64,000 bases of DNA from Neoechinorhynchus agilis (taxonomy: Eukaryota > Animalia > Acanthocephala), in NCBI GenBank assembly GCA_051530055.1, contig CM121342.1, positions 4,649,489-4,713,488 of the forward strand, read 5' to 3'. Positions 61,137 to 64,000 of the stretch are shown piece after piece; the stretch's first letter is position 1; each line of letters begins with the position of its first letter. The position numbers and the translations under genes were made by a program. A model generated the notes under the pieces. It was not told the origin of the DNA, did not search any database, and worked only from the letters and a program-made list of their open reading frames with translations.

Positions 61137-63336
61137 ATGGTTAATCCGAGCAATGCTCAGTCGTCAGATAAGGAATCATCTGCACAGCGAGACATTTACG
61201 GTGACAGTCGGATTGACAATTGGATCAGTCATGGTGGTTTGGGCACATCATCTTCAGCGTCTCGTCCGTCGTTGCTCACGGCAATCGGACCGACATCAAT
61301 GCTCAGTAATCCGATCACAGACGACTATCAATCATCTCTTTTATCAGCTCCCGATCACGCTCGAGCCCGGAGAATCCGCGCTGCTTTGTTTGATGATGAA
61401 GACTCATCAGGAGAACGAAGACATCCCGCGAAAAAGAAACGAACCGAGTCCAGCGTCCAGAAACTCGCGGAACCAAGTAATATGCTCCGATCTGCTGTTG
61501 TGAATCTCGTCCAGTATCAGGACAATGCCGATCTCGCACTTCAAGCACTCCCTGAACTCGTCCGTCTTTTGAACGATGAAGATGAGTACGTTGTTCAACA
61601 AGCAGCTCAAATGGTCAGTCGATTAGCACGCCGCGAAGCTAGCCGGGTAGCTGTTACATGAGTGCACCATGAGTTTCTTGAGAATTTCCTTTAAACTTAT
61701 GAGGCACCCAGTTACATCAAACATTAGTCTCCTTGAAGCTATACTTGCAAGCCAGGAAAGAAGACATTCCGATGATCACATCGCTCGATACACCACTTCA
61801 GTCCTTTATTATGCTAGTCTCCATCAAAATGGACTCACTAGCCTTTTTGATTGCTGTCCACAAATAATCATTCAATTAGTCCGAATAATGGACATATCCA
61901 TGGACGCTGTCGTCTTCTTCGCTGTTACAACCATCCACAACATGCTTCTTTTTGAACAGGAACTTAAAAATCGAAGAAAAGACTATTATGATATTAAATC
62001 AACGCTTAGAAAATACCAGGCCGTAACCAAGCTTTCTTTTCTTTTAAAAGATAGACAAAATGTCAAATTCTTAGCAATTCTCACCGATTGCCTTCAGGTA
62101 CTTTCGATGGGAGATGCAGGCTCAAAACAAGATATTTTAAACTCCGGGGGCATCAATGAACTTCTTCGTATTTTGTCCACAATGAATTATGAGAAGCTTC
62201 AATGGACTGCAAGTCGTCTTCTTAAAGTGGTTTCTGTATGTTCCGGAGCTAAAAAGGCAATTATAGAACTTGACGGCATTTCAATTCTGCTCAATATACT
62301 CAGAAATGCAATCAATCGAGACGAACGTTCAATTGCGAGTCCTCGTGTGGTTCACAATTGTCTCTATATCATCCGAAATTGCTCTAATTTCGCAACTGAT
62401 CTCGAGGATCCTAGCATCTCAGAGCTCATTAAACTCATAATTGAGAACTTGAATTCAACGGACGCTATTTTTGTTCAATGTGGAGTTGGCATTCTGTGTA
62501 ATCTCACGTGTAATAACCAACGTAACAAAAGTCTTTGTGTTCAATCTAATGGAGTCGAGGCATTGGTTCGTGCCCTTATCCAATCATCAGAAGAAAATGT
62601 GATTGAACCTGCCGTTTGTGCTCTTCGACACATTACATCTCGGCATGTATACGCTCAACATGCTCAAGAATCAATTCGACTCTCATACGGGATCCCAACG
62701 ATCGTCCGGTTCATCTCTTCGACTAGTTCAAGTGCTCTCATCAAAGCCACCGCTGGTTTAGTTAGAAACCTCGCTGTTTCCGCCAGTAATATTCTACCGC
62801 TTCGTGAGAATGGAATACTCACAAGACTAACGTCGCTTATAAAGACTCTTATAAAGAAATCATCCCCTCGGTCGTCGCATTCTATAATCGTAGAAGCGTG
62901 TCTTGGTGCACTCCAATCGCTTTTGCAAAGCTCATGTAGCAATCGAGTTACATTTCGAGACACCGAGGGATTCGATCTTCTTAGTGAACTCTCAGTTACG
63001 GATACACATGGAGTCAAAGTTCAACGAATCAGTCTTGCCATTCTTAATGATCTCGTCTGTGAGTGTAGAGACGATCAGGACGCTGATACAAGTGCGATTG
63101 TATCTAACAAACTTGCACAAATCCCCGGATTTTTAAAGCAACTTACCACTGTTGCCAATTCGGACACCGCTCTTACCTCTCTTGCGATGCCCATTCTTAC
63201 AACCATGATGAGCAATGTTTCGTCCGAAAGCTCAAAATCCCGATCAAGTGCAACCACATTGAACCGGAAACCTAGCTCCGCCGTTACACCACCACCACCA
63301 CCACCCGCGACGGAGTGGTTTGATACCGATCTCTAG
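61137..63336 (+). CDS. CTNNB1: Beta-catenin/armadillo, divergent; two segments joined across a ~57-58-nt intron at about 61646-61703
   Basis: [124 protein letters not shown] and C-terminal WFDTDL. Confidence 0.95.
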
Positions 63337-64000
63337 AAAAAAAACCTGATCTACATTTGTATATAAAGGAAATGTGGACTTTGCGACAAAGAATCGGTGA
63401 CCTCGCTAACAAACTATCGACTGATAAAATCTACCCTGTCTCATTAAATTCGCAAATGTTTTCTTTGTACTCGGGAACCTCAAAAAAAGAGCAACCAATC
63501 CGGGCTATCGGTAAAAAAATCAGCCTTTTTAGCGATATCGCCATTTCAACTAGTTGAGCGAGAAAAAAAGTTGATCCAAGCTGGCCACACGAATCCTTGT
63601 TTAAATTTCGTTTCAATGGGTAATTGCTCATTACTAAAAGGGAAGCATTCTCGGAGGTATTTGAGAATCCCGAGTCTTGAGTGGCCGGTGAAGTTATTTT
63701 ATGCTGACCAATGAATCGGTGAGTTGTGTGTTCAAAGCAGCAAAATTACCAGCCGTGTAATCGTGGTAACTTCCACACGGAATAAATGTTACCGGTTAGC
63801 CAAACTTAAAGATAATTCAATTTTTGAGCCAAGGTATAAAACTGGCAGAGTTTGTACATTCCCCTTAGTTGTATCGAAGTGGTCTAGTTAATTTTGGCGT
63901 TTCAATGGCTTCAAAATCCATTATCGTCAATTATTGACGAGTCCCGCCTCCTCCGGAGAGGTTCCGAGTGTGATTTCATTCGGTATCCTTCTCCAGATCT

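Noticed and set aside
63357-63631. Short ORFs downstream of beta-catenin
   Set aside because: 66-aa frames on both strands with no recognisable features.

Overview
Eukaryotic, AT-rich, compact metazoan DNA, not prokaryotic; I see no CRISPR, rRNA or tRNA genes. The animal assignment rests on beta-catenin, a Bcl-2 family gene, an N-terminal RASSF gene and p22phox. Recognisable genes: p22phox/CYBA-like, a PAR/NFIL3/C-EBP-type bZIP factor, U2A' (SNRPA1) plus two 5' pseudogene fragments, a CAP/SCP protein, an alpha-arrestin, RASSF9/10-like, PIG-M, Bcl-2-like, aspartylglucosaminidase and a divergent beta-catenin, plus several orphan ORFs. Genes are intronless or have mostly 33-57 nt introns. Roughly 28 kb (about 44%, hand-summed) is tandem repeat: ten unrelated 120-310 bp satellite families, one present at two loci, and one 4.7 kb GC-rich array. 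That array (15716-20427) is the main finding. It reads as a tandem array of a non-autonomous miniature LTR retrotransposon (TRIM) with shared 119/137 bp LTRs, a tRNA-Trp-type PBS, a polypurine tract, a Ty3/Gypsy RNase H relic and a 4-bp target-site duplication (GGCT). It is built from two interleaved subfamilies and is inserted in a tandem duplication of the SNRPA1 5' end. Also notable: the beta-catenin has lost its DSGxxS degron and carries a PAKKKR NLS-like motif. All analysis was by eye, so array boundaries and some exon boundaries are approximate.
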